This document shows, piece after piece, positions 61,801 through 64,000 of a stretch of 64,000 nt of DNA. The position numbers and the translations under genes are program-made. Position 1 is the first letter of the stretch. Each line of letters starts with the position of its first letter. The notes beneath the pieces are model-generated. The model was not told the origin of the DNA. It saw nothing but the letters and a program-made list of their open reading frames with translations, and ran no database searches. Where the stretch lies: the NCBI GenBank assembly GCA_950097015.1, contig CATNEN010000039.1:13144001-13208000 (forward strand). The letters are read 5' to 3'. Origin of the DNA: Macrostomum hystrix (lineage: Eukaryota > Animalia > Platyhelminthes).

Positions 61801-63290
61801 CTAAAGGGTTTCACATAGAAATACATTTTTGCGCGAAAAAACTCTTCTGATGGAAGCGGTGGGGTGCAGGGTAAAACTCGGATTTTTACGAAAAACAACA
61901 TTAAGAAGACGAAACCATTCATAAAGTATACTTTTAGCGACAGTCACTTCATTATTTATCATTACTTACTAAATTTTAATAATAAAAATGGTAACTTTAG
62001 TAAGCGCAGAACAGAAGTGGATAAATATTCATTGCATAGTGATTGCAGCAAACTCACCAGATCCAACCAGATGTTAGCAAACAGTATCTGGTTTTTCTCA
62101 TCCTACATTATTTGGATAAAGGACAAGGATGCAAGGTTTGGATTAGCATGCTGTAGTAAGGTTAGAATATATGGTTTTAGTAAATTCAGCAGCAACAGAC
62201 ACTTGACAACCGACAGAATGGGGGAAAATGGTAGGTTAAACGCCTAAAATTCTGTTCCTAAGCAGCCGAGAAACAAACTATAATATTGGTTTTGATTCAG
62301 TTCTGTAGTTTTGTGAATCGAATATTAACTCTGAGGCAAACATGACAGGTTAGCAATGCAGTGGCTTTAGATAAAACAAATATAGACTGAAGTTCTGTGT
62401 GTCCAATATACTTTTAATAGGTGTCGTGCAGGTAAAATGCGAGCCAAATATAGCCATAATGGGTTGCTAAATATTGTTTTGTCCCAAAGGGAAGAACGAC
62501 CTGAATGATTTCTGCCTCGCTCCCAATAGTACAGAAGGGAGTTAAGAAAGGGATCAATATGACGATTTCGATGTTTTTTTTTATTGTAAAAGCAACATCA
62601 TGCTATTGTTTTATCATGATGCAAATCCGAATATAGCAAATGGGATTCTAAGCATCAGATAGAGCAGGGGTCGGCAAACTCCGGCCCGCGGGCCAGATGC
62701 GGCCCTCGAAGCTCCCAAATCCGGCCCGTTGCCCCTTCTGACATCTACAGTGTCCTGTTTCATCTCTCTCGTATCTAATCTCTCCCGTGTCTCATCTCTC
62801 CCGTGTCTAATCTCTCCCGTGTCTAATCTCTCCCGTGTCTCATCTCTCCCGTGTCTCATCTCTCCCGCGTCTCATCTCTCCCGTGTCTCATCTCTCCCGT
62901 ATCTAATCTCTCCCGTATCTTATCTCTCCCGTGTCATATCTCTCCCGTGTCTCTTCTCTCCTGTGTCTCATCTATCCCCTATCTCATATTTATACATTCA
63001 ATGCGGCCCGCTGTCGTCTTTTAGGCTCTCTCTTTGGCCCGCCAGCAAATAAGTTTGCCTACCCCTGAGATAGAGAATTTGGTGGCTAATTTATCTATGC
63101 AAGGCTTGGATCACTCAAAGGAACGCACCAAACAGACTCAGATTTAGTGACCAAACGAAAAATGGTGATCAAGACTAGTGGACTTGCACAATTCTATTAT
63201 AGAGCAAAAAAGCAATTTATGACGAACGAATTGACCACAACGCACTGTGTCCAGCCACATGTTGGTGTAAATTATCTGCAATCTTTCGTC
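52244..63290 (-). CDS. CHRNA7: Nicotinic acetylcholine receptor alpha subunit, alpha7-like, 5'-partial (exons 1-2 lie beyond the window)
   Basis: [12 protein letters not shown] (loop A), Cys loop [22 protein letters not shown] (loop B), YDCC (loop C), GEK ring, TM1-TM4, [14 protein letters not shown]. Exon sizes 45/110/195/87/110 match the conserved alpha7-group layout. The symbol is family-level only. Confidence 0.93.
52995..53580. repeat. 27-bp G-rich minisatellite (GGGGGATTTGGAGGGCCATCACAA-type)
   Basis: Tandem units in nAChR intron 9. Confidence 0.95.
53782..53891 (-). CDS. nAChR exon 9 (TM3: [30 protein letters not shown])
   Basis: 110 bp, CAG| acceptor and |GTCAGT donor. Confidence 0.92.
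54475..55082. repeat. 19-26-bp G-rich minisatellite (GGGGATTTGGAGGGCCACT)
   Basis: Tandem units in nAChR intron 8. Same core as the 53-kb array. Confidence 0.95.
55188..55274 (-). CDS. nAChR alternative exon 8b (TM2: [29 protein letters not shown])
   Basis: 87 bp, AAG| acceptor and |GTGAGG donor, phase 1-1. Confidence 0.9.
55772..55858 (-). CDS. nAChR alternative exon 8a (TM2: [29 protein letters not shown])
   Basis: 87 bp, TAG| acceptor and |GTGAGA donor, phase 1-1. Confidence 0.9.
56134..57068. repeat. ~16-19-bp purine-rich minisatellite (GAGATGAGACACGGGA-type)
   Basis: Tandem units between exons 7b and 8a. Explains the SHL/CLISP ORFs. Confidence 0.95.
57170..57364 (-). CDS. nAChR alternative exon 7b (loop C + TM1: [27 protein letters not shown])
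   Basis: 195 bp, CAG| acceptor and |GTGCGT donor, phase 1-1, open. Confidence 0.92.
58116..58310 (-). CDS. nAChR alternative exon 7a (loop C + TM1: [27 protein letters not shown])
   Basis: 195 bp, CAG| acceptor and |GTAAGG donor, phase 1-1, open. Confidence 0.9.
58505..58825 (-). mobile_element. SINE family A copy
   Basis: Reverse complement of the tRNA-headed element at 61381 and 38030. Confidence 0.85.
58855..58992 (+). mobile_element. SINE family B body (head missing)
   Basis: CACTTAACTCTGCATTGCTTCAGTTCACCCAGCTGTTAAATGG..CAGTCCATGGACTGAACAG..CAGCCTTCAGATG, inverse of the 23053 copy. Confidence 0.8.
60049..60365 (-). CDS. nAChR Cys-loop exon
   Basis: 317 bp, CAG| acceptor and |GTTTGA donor. 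[36 protein letters not shown]. Confidence 0.93.
60612..60930 (-). mobile_element. SINE family A copy
   Basis: High identity to the 58505 copy. tRNA-like head at the right end. Confidence 0.85.
60961..61070 (-). CDS. nAChR exon 4 ([37 protein letters not shown]), GC donor
   Basis: 110 bp. Ends AG|GCAAGT and joins 60365 in frame to give YNSADEKF. Confidence 0.9.
61381..61686 (+). mobile_element. SINE family A copy, inverted relative to the 60612 copy
   Basis: CGGTTAACGCGTTTGCCTCTCGCACC..AAGTTCGATTCC (B box) plus the family body. Confidence 0.85.
62058..62102 (-). CDS. nAChR alternative exon 3b ([15 protein letters not shown])
   Basis: 45 bp, TAG| acceptor and |GTGAGT donor, phase 0-0. Confidence 0.9.
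62665..63067. mobile_element. hAT (Charlie-like) MITE with an internal 16-bp minisatellite
   Basis: TIRs CAGGGGTCGGCAAAC / GTTTGCCTACCCCTG. 8-bp TSD AGATAGAG at 62657-62664 and 63068-63075. Subterminal GCGGCCC motifs. Confidence 0.9.
63246..63290 (-). CDS. nAChR alternative exon 3a ([15 protein letters not shown])
   Basis: 45 bp, AAG| acceptor and |GTGCGT donor, phase 0-0, loop D Trp. Confidence 0.85.
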
Positions 63291-63464
63291 CTTTGAATAA
63301 TTGATGGATAGGTGCGAATAACAGGTATTTTACATTGTTCAAGCAAATCTGACCAGGTTATGTAAACAATAACAAATCACAAACAAGAAGATGAGCTAGA
63401 AAAATATTAGCAATACTGTTTTGGGGCTTATATAAACATTCTTTCACTTATTTCCAATTTCCAA

Positions 63465-63591
63465 CCTATCTATCCATCTATCTATCTATCTAACTATCCA
63501 TCTATCTATCTATCTATCTATCAATCTATCTATCAATCTATCAATCTATCAATCTATCAATCAATCTATCTATCTATCAATCTATCTATCC

Positions 63592-63630
<39 letters not shown>

Positions 63631-63695
63631 AATCTATCAATCTATCTATCAATCTATCTATCTATCAATCTATCTATCAATCTATCAATCTATCA

Positions 63696-63726
<31 letters not shown>

Positions 63727-63847
63727 CATCTATCTATCTATCTATCTATCTATCCATTTATCTATCTATCTATCTATCAATCTATCTATCAATCTATCAA
63801 TCTATCAATCTATCAATCAATCTATCTATCTATCAATCTATCTATCC

Positions 63848-63894
<47 letters not shown>

Positions 63895-64000
63895 AATCAA
63901 TCTATCTATCTATCAATCTATCTATCAATCTATCTATCTATCAATCTATCAATCTATCAATCTATCTATCTATCTATCTATCAATCTATCTATCAATCTA
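63465..64000. repeat. (TCTA/TCAA)n microsatellite array; runs off the right edge
   Basis: Direct reading. Confidence 0.97.

Overview
Eukaryotic, intron-containing animal genomic DNA, most likely a free-living flatworm such as Macrostomum (inferred from a spliced-leader RNA ending in AUG). The first ~17 kb is a 19-bp satellite with kb-scale higher-order duplications. The rest holds five protein-coding genes: an AKAP1/spoonbill-like KH+Tudor gene (-), an alpha-type octopamine-like GPCR (+), an unnamed single-pass membrane protein with a divergent PDZ-like domain (+), a single-PDZ NHERF/EBP50 gene (-), and an alpha7-type nicotinic acetylcholine receptor gene (-, 5' end outside the window). There are also many minisatellites, two tRNA-derived SINE families, mariner/Tc1 relics, MULE- and hAT-type MITEs and a minimal hammerhead ribozyme. 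Two things stand out. (1) A ~1-kb small-RNA cassette at 29.4-30.4 kb reads 5S pseudogene, unidentified Sm-site RNA candidate, SL RNA, intact 5S. The candidate carries a ~21-nt segment complementary to the part of the spliced leader that masks the trans-splice donor, suggesting an SmY-like partner RNA. (2) The nAChR gene has three pairs of tandem-duplicated, apparently mutually exclusive exons (45, 195 and 87 bp) covering loop D, loop C/TM1 and the TM2 pore. All calls were made by eye and no database searches were run.
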